A stretch of DNA of 63,227 nt, filler included, from Kipferlia bialata (lineage: Eukaryota), in the NCBI GenBank assembly GCA_003568945.1. It is 5 parts of 5 records of this genome, joined end to end, with 100 filler letters (N's around TTAATTAATTAA, not from the genome) between each part and the next. Parts side by side here need not be neighbours in the genome. Positions count along the whole stretch, not along the records: positions 14,081 to 28,055 come from BDIP01000873.1; 4 more parts are not named here. One strand, 5' to 3'. Both the position numbers and the translations under genes were made by a program. Under the pieces are notes generated by a model. That model was given only the letters and a program-made list of their open reading frames with translations, did no database searches and was not told the origin of the DNA. Below are positions 14,156 through 28,055 of this stretch, one piece after another (the stretch's first letter is position 1; each line of letters begins with the position of its first letter).

Positions 14156-14520
14156 GTCACCCTCGGGTATATATAGGTTATCTCCGAGCGTCCATGCATA
14201 AAAGAGAGGCACATTGACACTGGCAGCTGTTATCAAACATGTACACCTCTCTACTAATACCTATGTACATATACAGAGTGAAAGTCTCCGAGTCCAGCAG
14301 GTTCAGAGGCCATATGTCCATCATCCCCATTGTACTGGCAGAGATCGACACAGAGGGTACTCTGGACCAATTGAGAAAGACCATCAGTCAATCAGGACCA
14401 ACAAACCATTTCCCGTTTGCCAAACGGTCAGTATCAATCTACACGTATATATACTTCCCGAAGTGCCTGTGAACTGTTCACTGTGACTCTGAACGCACTG
14501 CATCGTTGATGGTCTGTTAA
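14156..14520 (+). CDS. Possible 3' exons of a hypothetical gene converging on the RNF213-like gene
   Basis: AG-bounded open segment ...VKVSESSRFRGHMSIIPIVLAEIDTEGTLDQLRKTISQSGPTNHFPFAK (~14278-14425) has coding-like composition. No family recognised. Confidence 0.3.
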
Positions 14521-14628
14521 TAGACATCTTACATGATTCCCAGGAGTTTAGTACAAAGCAATGCCTCAATCGATACGATATCTCTATTCCAGTAGACTCA
14601 AGAGAGACTAAATCATATCCTCACTTTC

Positions 14629-17600
14629 CTACTCTTCAGCTCCAATCTCCTCCTCCTCGACCTCAAGGGGTTCTTGGTCTGACTCGGTCTCAGCCTCAGT
14701 TGCTCCCGAGACACAGGCCAAGGCCTCGATCATCGTCCCTGAGTGGCAAATGCACATACCTAATTTCAGAAGAAGAAGAACAGTATTGAATGTATATATC
14801 ACATCAAACTTACCCTCCAGCATGTCGAGGTGGTCCTCGTTGGCAAGCTCAATATATTCATCAATGGGATAGTGAGCGAAGCTCTCGTTCACACTGAACC
14901 CAGGGATCGCAATTGATATGGCATTAGAGAGGTCAGTGAGAGAGAGGGTGTCTAGGTGCTCAAAGAGATGGTCCAGAAGACCCTCAGGGAGAGGCTTCAT
15001 GAGGAAGGCTGGGATAGGGGGAGGTACCAAGAGCTGTAGCAGCGCGTCCATGTGGCACAGACACACGGGTGCACACTCCACCTTGGCCAGAAGGTCCCTG
15101 AGGCAGTCAAACAGGGGATCAGAGGGTAGGTGCTCTGCCACGGTATCCGCCTCCACATTGACCGCTGGCCTCTGGTTCAGAGTGAAGCACACACGCAGCA
15201 AGGGGTTACGCAGATGGTCAAGGCGTACACCGCGTAACTCTGCCACTGCGTCCTGGAGCTGGTATATCTGCGTAGGCATCAGAGGTGTCTGGGGATTGTG
15301 TAAGCACCTCATGCTCACCCCACTGACACCAGAGTCCACAGGAAGAGGCCGTGTGGGAATGTCACCATGTGCTAGAACAAGTAAGGGGACACCCCTTGGC
15401 AGCAGCAGGCTGTGGAGCGAATACATCCGCTGGGTGTATGCCGCATCGGCCTCCTCTGCGGTAGGGTAGTCATTCCCTAGTCTGCTCTGCAATGCAGCCA
15501 CAAGGCCCAGGGACATGGACGTGTCTGTGACATGCACAGGTGTGTGCCACGCAGAGACGTTCCCGGCATTTGGATCGAGTAAGGCACTGAATGTGTTGAG
15601 GGCAACAACCAGCGCCTCCACATACTGTTCCACGAGGGAGGGATCAGATGCCCCAGCGTCTCTGGGCAGTACCATGGCACAGAGACAGTCATCAGAATCC
15701 ATGGTCTTCCAGACAAATGCCTGAGAGTTAGGTGTCGTACACCCACTATATTATGGCTATTGCAAGATCTATACCTCACACTGGAAGGACAGGTCTCCTG
15801 CCAGGTCTGGGACACTGTTCCAGGCTTCAGTGAAGCCTGTGTACTGGGAGCCAAGCCCAATGTCCTTGCACGTGTCACTCAGGTTGGCAGCCGGGTCGCA
15901 GTCGATGGCAACCGCGTAGAAGTCCTTCAGGAACGCTGTTATCACCTGTGTCAAAACAAGAACTGAAGGTGTTCACTACACACTATTATAACTCACCTGA
16001 GTAGCCTCCATGAGCTTGCAGAACCTGGTTGTTCCCTCCAGCAGCTCTATGGATGACACTGGGTCACTGTCCTGTCTCTGCGGCATACGTGGCATCTCAG
16101 GCTGCGAGAGTGGCAGAAGGGCCAGTCTGTACTGGTCAGGACTGGCCTCAGCGGCAGCTTCGACCTCAGTCTGGCTGTAAGACCTTCCAGTATGGCACCC
16201 TCCCACTTGGTTGGAGATGTGGGCTGTAAATGCCTCCAGGACATGGTTGGCAAAGTGCTGCATGTGTGCCAGACGGGGGGACGCGACACCAATATCCTTG
16301 GGTAAGTAAAATTGAACATCAAGATAGACGGGATACGACCATGACGTTGTAAACACATTACCCACCTGCTGCATAACGGCCATCACTCTGGCGTGGAAGG
16401 CAGCCTCGGGCCCTGCTCTTTGGGCCTGTGAAGGGAAGGATAGTGTCAGAGAGGAGGAGGCAAGTGCCTTGGACACCTTTACCATGGTGATAAGGGCGGC
16501 GTCCCTGCTGACCTGTGGGTAACGCATTGACTCTTTGCACTATTATATACAGATATATATATATCACCGCACCTCTAGAGCCTTGGCAAACAGAGCCAGT
16601 TCCTCTTCCAGACGAGTAGCCCAGAGACGCCTGATCTCGGCATCCTGAGTCTGCGCCTGGACTAGGGAAGCATGGGTGGCAGCAATACGGGCAACCCCAG
16701 TACTGAGCCTTGAGAGACTGCGCAGCTTGGGTAAGACACATGGTAACGATTACCACATACACTGTAGTATGGGAGCCTACCTCCATATAGTCCTTTTGCG
16801 TCTGCCAGCCACGCAGGTCTGCCCCTGTGTTTACAGCCCTGTTTCCAGCCACATAGCTAACGATCAGTGAGGTACAACAATGAATATGGATGAGAGTGGC
16901 GAGGAGAACAGACATACTTGTGATGGGTGCCTCCAATTGGCCGCCCACAGCTGGGGCACTTAGAGATCTCCATGGGGCGTCCACAGTTGGTCAGCACATA
17001 GATTTCTCCGCATACACAGCTGGGTAAGTGTGGAGATGTATGTGGCAGTCTGACTTGTAAAGACCAAAGACACTACTATTTTCAGTGTAAGACTCGTACC
17101 TGTTAGTGCTAGTACCAAGCTTCCTGAGGGTGTCCATCAGGTCGTCTCTCATGCCCATGACGTACTGGTTGGGTGTCAGCACACACTGGAGTCCGACCTG
17201 TCTCAGGAGAGCATCCAGCACTGCCCCATGGGTAGGTCCCTCAAAGAGGGCAGTGTCAATTCCGAGACTGTCTGTCATTCCCTCGACTGTCAGGGGTCCA
17301 AGGCTGGATGGCAGGAGATCAGAGGCACCAAAACGAACAGGGTGTGTCAGGAAGTCTTCGTCGACAGGACTCAGATCAAACCAGTCTCCACAAGCATGCT
17401 TCATAGCTGCGCAGTACTCTCTATCGTTGCCAAAGGATGAGTTGGCAACCTGGCGCATCAGGTAGTTCCGAAGAGGTAACACATGGTGGTCGTTGATCTT
17501 CACAATGGAAAGAGCCTCGGGAGAGGGGACCTGGCCAGTCATGATGTCCTGAGGTTAGCATCAGCTACGCGGCACTGACATACATGTTTGTCGCATACGC

Positions 17601-20600
17601 CTTGATCAATAAATCAGGTAGCCTAATCTTCTGTCTTCTATACCTGTCTCACAACCCTCCTTAGCTGCATCTCTCCAACTGCTAGGGCACAGAACTGACA
17701 CTGGTTCTTGGAGAACCATCTGAAGGCGGCAACAAGCTCCTCACTCGCCAGACCATACCTTTTGTGAGGGTGACGAAATCGTAGCAATCGCAGCAGAGAG
17801 AGAACGTATGATAGAAGATTCTGGAATGTGGCTCAAATCTCCCTACCTGCATCCAGCTAGGACATTGACGAGAGAGCAAATGACAAAGGGGCTGTCCAGC
17901 AGCAGTCCCTCTGAGAGAGCAAGCCTTTCCTACGTGTAAGTGTGTGATATGCGTTTGTATACACGTTTCACAACAGTCTACCTACCTTCACAGCATCCCA
18001 GGGGACATCCACATGGTTGACGGTCAGGGCAAATAACTCACACCAGTCTCTTGCCCTACCCGTACTAACCATGTGCTTCAAGAGCTCGTGCAAGGCAGCC
18101 CACATAGTTTCCAGACCCATACCCTGTACCATGTCAGCCAGGAGGACACACAGAGGCCCTGGGAGAGCATTCACCACATCGAACATGTTGTGGGACATAA
18201 CAGCCCGTGCTGCACGGATTGCGGGGCCGCAGACACTGCCATCCGCAACGTGCTCGCTTGCATGGGATACTGCCTGGTACACCCTATAGGCGTGACGTAC
18301 CGGACAGCGTGAGGGCAAGGCACATACGAGCTCCGACACGAAGTCTGCGTCAAGGTCGAGGAGTCTCTCAATACCGACTGCCTTGGCAAATGAGGCGGCT
18401 CGGTCTGCAAATGTGTCTCCACTGAGGGCTGCGAGGTCTATGTCTGTGCCAGTGTACTTGGCCATGGAGATGGCAAGGTAGAGACAACGGGTCTCCAGGT
18501 AGTGGGCAAACCCAACCATCAAGCTATTGGCCCCATCGGCAGGGCGTATGGGAGAGTCGCACCTCAGCACGGCCTCCAGCCTGGGCACCAAGGTGTCGAC
18601 ACTAGAGGCAGTGACAAGTGGAGCGTCTGGGTTACCACGGAGCTTGTACTTTCCAGAGTGCTCTACGGTCTCTCTCAGAATGGCACGTAACACCACGTGG
18701 GAGTCCTGCAGCCCATCAGGGAGGTCCCTCAACAACTCTGGAGTGAGGTGCTTAGCAAAGGGCACGTTGGCTACCGTGACAGAAGCAGCACACGAGGTGT
18801 CCAGACGGGCATCGAGGTCCACAAGCTCTGTGACGCCGTTAAGGTACGTGGTCCATTCTCTAAGACCGCACTTGGGAATGAGGTGGGCAAAGAACAGAAT
18901 GATGTCTGACTCGGCGGGAAGATGCGGCACTCTCGCACATAGCTGACCGGCAAGAAGCGGAAGGATGCGACCAAAGAACCACATCCACCCGTCCCTAGGG
19001 GATCCACTGCGGAACAGAACTCTAAAGAGCTCGGGGAGGGCCTAGGGTGAATTTCTATAAATACATAGCACAACCACTCTTCAGTGTGTTAACTCAAAAC
19101 TCTAAATAACAGATTACCCACCTGGGGGTTGCTTAGAGACCTGTGGACTACTGGAAGCATCATGAGTCTCTTGAACACAGCTGAGGCAACCGCATCAACT
19201 GCAGCCTGAGTAGCAGTCCCAGAGACGTTCTCTACTGACCAGCGCACTGCTAAGTTCCGCCGGACCTCTGTCTTCAGGGTGTACATCATGTGGCTCTTGA
19301 GGGTGTCGATTGACTGCTGAGTACATGAGAAGAGGTCCCTAAAGCTGATGCTTCTGCTGGTAGTGTCTGACGGGTCTAGGGATGGGAGAGACCATGTGGG
19401 ATCCGACAGAATGGTCTCCTCAACGGACCAGTACTTGGAAGTCTCTGTTCCAGAGTTCTTAGAACCACCCCTAGCATCACGCGCAACACACTCAGCATGT
19501 ACAGTCCTATGGTATGGCAAGTATCGGCGGCGCTGGGCGGGTGTGAGGCACTTGACCAGGTCCCGACGAAGGGACAGTGGGGCAAAGACACTAAGACACT
19601 TGTACTTGGGACCAAGTGAGGGGAAGACTTCAATGAAGCCAAGTCGGGAACTGAGAATGAGAATTTGATAATCTAAGTTCAATGATATGGTTGACCTATA
19701 CGGAGACATACTCACCGGAGGTCTTCTGAGGTGTTGCCATGGAGGCTGATACGGTGGACACCCTTGAGAGTCCTCTTAAGACTTCTGCGGAGTTCAGAAT
19801 CAGTGGGCTCTCTGTCCATCCGTTGCTTCAACTTAGAGACATCTGCCATGGTGTACACAGTCTCTATGCCAGCGTCGCTACTGACATGAGGCAGGAACGG
19901 ATCCCGAGTGAAGCATGCATTGATGTAGTGGCACTTCTTGGTACGAGCATCCTCCCTGAGGCTCCTCTCCTTGGCTACCCAGTCATCACAGCTCACATCC
20001 CATGCTGCACCCAGACGCTGCCAGGCCGCGGTGTCAGTCTCCCCCTTTGTGTTGACGAATGTCGGAAGCGGGTCAAGGTCCCGGTTGATGTGGTAGACAG
20101 ACATGCGGGACAGAGTGGAGTCTGGGATGTGGGTAAGGGCAGAGCGGTGCACAATGAACAGCAGCCGCATTTGCGAGTTGACGCTAATGGTTTCCTGATA
20201 GGACCCATGGGCTAGAAGAGCACTCCCACTGCCACTAGTCTGGTAGGACATGTTCAGAACCTGTCGTCAGACTCGTAAGATAGCTGAAGGATATATCAGC
20301 GCGGACATTTGCATACCTGCTGCAGTGCTATGAGGAGATCCCCAGGGTTGTGGAGAATCAGACTGTTGGCCGACAGTGCTGTGTTCCGAACTCTGCCATC
20401 AGACACACCTGAATGCTGGTAGAGTGACTTCACATCTATCTCATATACATCTGTATACCTGTGAAGACTGGCAAATGCCGATGTGCGGCTGCACTGCCAC
20501 GTGTGGTCCTTACATCGATACTTCTTCTCGCCAATCGCCATGAAGGCTGCCACTATATTCTGAGTCAGGCGATGTCAAGTTACTATGTAACTTCATATGA

Positions 20601-23600
20601 AATCAGTGGTAACGATTGACTAACCTTGTGTGCAACAGCAACTGCCTCCTCAGAGTCTACCACGAAGAGACAGTGGCGAAGCGGCTCGGGACTGAGAGTA
20701 AGGGAGCGGGCTATTGAAGAACGTAAGTCGTCTTGACATGAGATGACTGTAGATACATGTGCCATATAGTATTCAAGTACCATGTATAATCTTGGACAAT
20801 AATAGTAGATCAAACCTGGAGAGCGTCATGTATTTGCGGAGCGGCATCGTGTCTTCCTTGTTGACGACCTGAAGGAACCGGTCAGGCGTCTTGGCATCGC
20901 GAGACCCCAAGCAAGTGTACACAACGCGTCTGTAGAGGTTGTCAGTGTCGTTGGATGGGTGGGCCTTGAGGAACCGGGCAACAGCGACAATGTGCCTGCA
21001 GTGAGATATATCTATGGACACAATCTAAGGAGTGACTGACCTTGGAGAGAGACGGAGGGAACTGGCCACGTCCTTGTATCGGTCCAATACTGACTTGAAG
21101 ACCTCCTCTGTGGCAGCTGGGACGTCCCCGAGGTGCATCCTGCCTATGGCCTCGAGGGCAGGGCCAGAGAGGGGCTCGTATATGGCCTTCATGAACCTGC
21201 CTCCAAGGGCATGGTCGTAGGGCAGAGACCCGTCCAGTAGACGGTTGGTAGAGCAAATGACGGTGAAGTTGCGGCGCCCTGTGGATGTCTTGGGGTCCTC
21301 CTGCTTGTCAAGGAGGTGATGCAGTGCCTTGCGGGCGTTCTGCGTCATCAGAGACATCTCCTCAATCACAATGATGGTGGACCCAGTGCCAGGGGTGGTG
21401 TCGTCCTCCACCATGTGGGCCAGACGGTCGATAACGGTCACAGAGTCCCCCTGAGTGAACTGTAGTGTCCTTACGTCTGGATACAACAGGAGCTGCTTTG
21501 GAACAGCAAAGTGCTCAGTCTGGTTCCTCCCCCGTCTCTTCTCGTCTTTGCTCTGCTCAGTATCTCTGAAGGGAAGCATGTGCACAAAGCTTGATATGCA
21601 CATGGTCTTAGAGACACCTGAGTCAGAAATGTGGGAGTCAGTAATGTCAGGAAGAGCAATGCGCTGCTTCGTTTATATCACATACCTGCTCCTCCGACTA
21701 GAAGAAGTGACCTGTTGCATGCCACCGAAATGGCCAGGAGCAGGAAGTTCTGCTTGACGTATGGGGTGGCGACCATCTTGTCCTCCTTGACAAAGCGAGT
21801 CTGAGGGTGAGGCCAGAGAAATTGAGTAATAAGTATATAGACATGGTACTAACCTTGACATCGTCTAGGAGAGACTCGAATGCCTCTCTGCAAGTATCCG
21901 AGTCCCCCTCAGCATCTAGGTGACTCTCTGCCAGGGAGAGGAACCCCTCCAGAGTAAGCTGTGCGCCAAACACAGCAAACGTGGCGATGAGAACGACAAG
22001 CTTATTGTCGACAGTGCCTTGGCGGATATACTTCAGCAGCTTGACAAACTCTCGGTGCTCTAGCAGTTCTGCCAAAGACCGCAGGTCTCTGAGCGAGGGC
22101 TCAGCAAGCCGTTCGTCCTTGATTGTCCGCATCACAGCAGTGCAGAAGGTGACAACGCTGTCCGTCTCACTGCTACTCCAGGTGCTGGTGGCTCTTCTGA
22201 TGAAGTCATGGCGTTGGACATCAGTGGGAGGCCGTACATTGAAGGCGCACCTTGCCACAGCAGGATGAATGCGGTACACGTGGTAACGGTGGGAGTCACT
22301 ATCAGATGAGGAGGGAGACCCAGGGTTGCATGTGCCAATGAAGCGCAGGTTTGGAGGGAGAGGAGTCCATCTACCCAGGACCTCGTCCTTGTACATGCCA
22401 TCGACAAAGAGGGCCTTGAGGGAGTCGCCGATGTCTGAGGCATTGAGCTCGTCCAGCATCACAACGTAGTTCTTGCCACGGTTGGTGGTGCTCTTGGCTT
22501 CCCTAACGTATTCACAAACGCTGTTCTTCCAGAGCTGTTTCGTTACAAATCCAGCCGTGAGGATAGTCACGTTGAACGTAACATCTAGGTGACGGATCAT
22601 CTTGAAGTAGTGTCTGAGCAGGTAGGTCTTGCTGGATCCAGTGGCACCGCACAGTATGAGAGGGGGAGGGGAAGCTCTCTTGCAGCTGCTGGTCAGAGCT
22701 GTGGCGTCACCTTCTAGCCAAGCCGTCATGTTCTGGTGCACATACTCTAGAGTCTCCTGAACGTCAGCAGCCGAAAAGAAGAGTAGACACTCCATTAGTA
22801 GTATATATGACACAGTACTGAATCTACCTGACACTGCTCTGTATATACAAAGCCCTCTGTTCCACGGGTCTCCACTGGAGTGAGGTCCACGTTATGGTCC
22901 TCACAGAGCCTCTTGTTCCAGAGAGCGTCGGTGTCACATGGGGAGGCCGGAGGGTCATCTTCACCATCAGTCGGCTTAGGAGTAGCCCACAACCCACCGT
23001 TGAAAGTGATGCAACGGTCTGGGGGAGCCAGACACTCTGCAACAGACCAAGGAGATTCATCGAAGTTGGGCACAACAATGTCAAGAGTGGGAGTGAGTAG
23101 AGTCTGGGGTGAGAGACATCTGCATACAGTCACACCTTAATGTCTTAGACAATTAACGTACATGCATGCTCTCCATCACTAAGCCGCAGACACCAGTCAG
23201 AGCAGCAGACAAGAGCTCTACGAAGAGAGAGCTCTGACGCACAGCAGACGCAATGGGGTCAGTCCCAGTGAAGAAAGTATCAGTGACCCAGGTGGACTGA
23301 GGTTAGGATCAGGACTAGTACTGAGACAACTACCGACAAAGTGCTATCGTGCCTCCTTTGGGCGGGCCATTTCACATGGCAGCACAGAGCTGAGGAACAC
23401 ATCGGGTAGTCTGGATGACTCGTCACAGTTGTACACCCTGAAGGACTTATCCTGCTCGGGCCAGCAGTAGTCACCTTCACACTTGTGCACATACACCTTC
23501 CTGTTGGACACAGTCCTGGAATAAGTGTGACATACTGCGGGATGAACATAATGGAACTTGTCTTACAATAGCTTGTATATACCTCAGCTTCGGTGGAACA

Positions 23601-26600
23601 CGGTCAGTGGCTGTCACAGTAGAGCCAGAGGGAAAGAGTCCAGAGAGTGCAGATCCGGGTACCAGTAGAATGATCCACTGGACCCCAGCACATGCTCTCA
23701 TGCGCTTAATAAGTGCCATGCAGCTTGGGTAAGAGGCCTAAATTTCAAACATGGGAAGATAATCTCTATACCTGTCGAGGGGGAGTGCATCCAGACCGGA
23801 CACAACCATGAGAGGCCTGACATAGCGGTTCTTTATCCGCCACATCACTCCAGCTAACCTGGAGTCCCTCACTAGGTTGTCGTGCAATGCTATGAATGAC
23901 AGTGGCTCAAACGACTCAGAGGGCGAGAGGTCTCCGAGAGTATTGGCGAGAGTGTTGAACCCTGCCTTGAGCGTCTGGGGGGCAATGATGCGGAACCCGG
24001 CCTGTGCCCCGCTATCAGGCAGTGGCACCAGAGATAGACCAGAGGGAGTCGGCCTGACCTCTCTCCCAGGACCCCAGAAACCGGTGTCAAGGAAAGAAGC
24101 CTGATGTGGGAATGAAATACGCAAATGCAATGAATGCTACCACTACCCACCTGTGGGTTGAGGTCCTTCTCGCTTTCGACATCCCTTGGATGCAACTTGC
24201 CATATACTCCGGTGGCTCTCCTGACGTAGCGGGCCAAGTCATGGTTGCTGTCAACCTGTGTGAGAACTGGATGTGTGACAGTATGAGGAGGTCCAAAGGT
24301 AATGATGATCTACCTCCGAGAATCTGATGTCGTCGACGGTCCATATGGTAGTGTAGGTTTTAGGAAGCCCAAGAATGCTCTTTGTCGCCTGGCACTTGTA
24401 CTCTCCATCGACAGGGTCAGCCTGGACCAAACACTTAGGTATCTGGGGTAAGACCTACTTATGGATTGATACTGTACCCAAAATAGCGGCCCAAGAATGT
24501 GCATAAGTACCTTTCCAATGTCAATGACGGCAATGTCCCTCAAGGTCTGGATATAGTCAGACACCAACTCAAGTCTCTTGAAGAGGTCCTGCTCGCACTC
24601 TCGTGCTAGGTACATGACAAGAGGCTCGATGTTGTGGCTGCGAATGACAGCAGTGCGAGACTCCAGGGTGCCGCTGGAGGTGTCTTCCCTCTGCTTGGTT
24701 CCTGCCACATACATGTTCTCGCAGTTGGTGGACCTTGGAACACGGAGACCATATCTGATCTCGTATCCCCGGTTGTTGACCCCGACCTCTATCACGACGA
24801 GGGCGGCAGTCACAACGTCAGTGGCCGAGTCATTGAGCTTCAGACTTAGCTTGGTGGAGTCCTCTCCCAGTACAACCTGACATTAGCAAATGGCACTAAG
24901 AGTGACTGTTGCATCAGTATCAACATCAGCATTACCCCTATGTACCTGAGAGAAGCGGGACAGTACGGACTGCATCCTCAGAGCAGGGATAGAGACAGGT
25001 ATACCAGCCGGATCCAGTTTAGCAAGGTATGCGGTGAGAACCTTCTCTGAGGGGTTGACAGCTAGCAGAACCAAGTCATCTGTTGGTCCGAGCAGCCACT
25101 GACATGAGAATAGGACAACGATGGTATGAGGCAGCACTGTTGTATGTCACGATTACCTGTACATTCTTTCTGAGCACGTCGAAGTCCCTCCCTGCCCCCC
25201 TGGTCTCACAGGTCAGGAAGTAGTTGGACAGGGACTTGGCGTCCTGTAGCAGCTTCATAGGCTCCTCTGGATGGTCCTAGGGTTAGAGGGATATGACAGA
25301 ATACGCAGTTAGTGACTATTCAGCCCTATATTACCGCCGCACTAACCTTAAGGTAGGATATGCATGTGTAGAGGACCAGTGAGACCTCATCTACGTGCTG
25401 CACCACACCGCCATTAAGGCTAGGAGTCGTGGACCCCTGTATGGGACAAAAGGTACCCAGATACTCCAGATCCCGTCTATGGATCGAAGGCCAGTCCTTA
25501 ACAGGGAATGGGTTCTTCAACCTGGAGCATTAGCTGAAGTCATATGCCAATTGTATAAACGTCTCTCTGTACCTCAGTCTAATGAGTATGTTTCTGATGT
25601 GGCCCAGCATGGACCTGTGGGGCAGGATGTCAATGGCACTCTCTAGGAACCCTGCCAGACGCTCACACTCTTGGTCTCCCAGACCCCTGAGTAGCCCTAT
25701 GTCCTCCTGAGACACATCTGACACATAGGCAGGGATGTGGTCCAGGTACCGGCTGCTGGCCCTGAGAACACGCTCTACACCCTTAAAGAAGGAGGTATCG
25801 TGGGGCACAGAGGGCCGAGCCTGGGCCACCAGGTCACGTGTGAACGGGGCCATGCGGAGGAACTGGCACGACTCCACGTTGTTGAGAACAACACACCCGT
25901 GCAGGGCCTCATCCACCTCCTGCTGGACTATGCTCCAGGGGGTGTCGGGGTGGAAGAGGGGGATCTCGGCCTCCCCCTCCCCGAGACTGACCACTGCGTC
26001 GCCTAGGAACTCCTTAACAAAGGCCAACCGAGCAGTCTCTGGCTGGGAGTTAGTAATGAGTAAATAGAAAATGAGTATACACCGTACCACTATACCACAC
26101 CTCCATTGTCTCTGAAGGAATGCGTTCGCCCAACACCTGGATATCTCCAAGGGTGGCAATACCAGATGAATACCTGAGGGTTACTATACCTATATAGTCT
26201 CAGCTGTATATAGCCTCAGTTAGTCACCTGATATAGAACAGCAACACAACCACTCACCTCACACTAGATGCAAGCACCGGGGCCCTGGCGGCCAGTGACT
26301 CAGGCACGCGGGCAGTGGTGAGGGACCAGCCCTTGGCCAGTGTGAACTGGAGGCCGATGGAGGGGCTCTTGAAGTGGTCCAAGACAAGGCGAACGAAGGA
26401 ATTGGAGTGCACCCCCTTGTCGATGTGGGGCATGATGAGGCTAATGTGCTCCTCCTTGACACAATCGCCATGCTCACTGAGTAGAACCCTGGCCACGCGC
26501 AGAATAGAGGACGGGGACACAGAGCCTTGGTTCAAGAACTCAGTCAGGACAGGCTCGTGCAGCAGGACTCGGCAGCAGGAGGTGAGGAGAGGGGCCTTCC

Positions 26601-27902
26601 AATCGCCTCTCTTGGATGGGACAAAAGAGGTGGGCTTGGGGGCAGCAAGGACGACGTTGAGCAGAGCGATGCTGCCATATGCCGTCACTGCTAGGTCCTG
26701 CATCTGATTGAGGGTTGCGTTATTGGGAATAGTAGACTCTAGTTGCACAGCCGACGTCAGGAGGGTCTCCTTGTCCTCCTACAGTTAGATTAGACATACA
26801 AGAAGAGACACTGTGGACACTCATATATAACGGTAGAGGATGACAATACCTGGAAATATATACATCCATATATAGTGGATGTTCTTACCGGGGAGAGGGA
26901 TGACAGGTCTGGGCACCCCCACTCTGCAGCCAGCATGGAGGGGTTGGCCACATAGGCAGAGAGGTAGGCGGCGGGGTCCTTAACCTGAGAGGTCTTGATA
27001 CTCTGTTGCACAGCGTCCTTCACAACCTGACATCAGGGAATGGGGGGGAGAGAGAGAGGGGGGGGGAGTGCACATGGCTATAAGTGATCCCTGAACCGCA
27101 TAATCACACCCATACACATAGACATACATTCATATATATACATATATATTGCTTGTGTCATACCTTCTGCAACTCCTGGGGCCTGTCAAATAGAAATCCT
27201 ATCAGCTCTGGGCATATGTTGCACCTCTTTAGTCTGCCGAGGGCTTTTTCTAGGCTATCATAGCCCGTAGACTCGAAGTAGGATGTGACCTGGGTGAGGG
27301 TATGACAGAAGAGAGAAAGATCAATACGACAGCCGTACTAGGCCTAGTAGCATTAGGAATGTCATTGAACACATATGAATTCCAGTCGCAGTACCTTGGG
27401 GTCGTTGAAGTGGTTCTTGATGTGCAGAAGAAGGGCCTTAATATACCTGGTTGTGGGTATTATATAATAGAGGGTTTCTGAGTACATGGTACTCATACAG
27501 ACTGATCTCATGAATTGAGGAATAGAGGGCTGGCTCATACAGTGTCAAGGTATAGGACACCATCCTAGGTGTGGAGTGGACATATTAAGTAAGTGATACA
27601 CTACTACTACTGTGCTAGAGAGAGAGACTCTGGTCTGACTTGGGTGTAGCTATGAACCCTAGCATATGGGACAGGAAGCCCAGCCCCTTGATCTGGGGGA
27701 GGGGGAGGGGGGATGACGGGACGTGATCAGGAACCTGAGGGTAAGGATATATATGTGAAGAGGAGGGTGGGGGGTGGGGGTGGGGGGTGGGGGAATCTGA
27801 ATAACATTGTGAGCAGAGAGAGACCAGGTAATTCACACACACCTGCATCCTCACAACTGCACTTGTGGTCTCCCGACTTCGTTTAGACCCCCCAGAAGCC
27901 AC
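14629..27902 (-). CDS. Giant RNF213/mysterin-like dynein-type AAA+ ATPase, many short introns, probably 5'-partial
   Basis: First module PPLILCGATGSSKT..VVMLDELNAS..LKALFVDG..LPPNLRFIGTCNP..YHVYRIHPAV. Second module VATPYVKQNFLLLAISVACNRSLLLVGGAG|VSKT (intron 21618-21685)..IIVIEEMSL..KALHHLLD..VICSTN. Downstream LILHNPGDLLIALQQVLNMSYQ..LLAHGSYQETISVNSQMRLLFIV..IPDSTLSRM. These follow the RNF213 AAA core motifs in order (GETGCGKT..FFDEANT..IAACNP..VYRVH; NLALKENVFMMVVC..LFLVGKPGSSKS..VLDEVGL..KTLHPLLE; LLLNLQNLYESLYDALNQ..LGLGTHRV..VHPNFRLIVIE). Last exon 14629-15702 ends in an acidic tail. Single-gene continuity over 13 kb is inferred. Confidence 0.8.
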
Positions 27903-28055
27903 CTGGTTCTGCCTAGACCGAAGGGTGCCCAGAACTGGTTGAATCTACTGTGAGGCAGTGAACAGAGAGTCTCTAGTTGACAACTCAATGGATTGAGATG
28001 GCGCGGGGGGAGGTGAGTGCGGGGGGGGGGGGGGGGTGGCAAAGGAGGGGGGAAA

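Noticed and set aside
16600..16720. YWGCPYCCHPC as a RING/Zn finger of the RNF213-like protein
   Set aside because: Off-frame. The splice-compatible frame reads LRSLSRLSTGVARIAATHASLVQAQ.
14629..27902. Transposon, virophage or viral insertion explanation for the compositionally distinct contig
   Set aside because: No transposase, integrase, polymerase, capsid or terminal repeats recognised, and it has host-type spliceosomal introns throughout.
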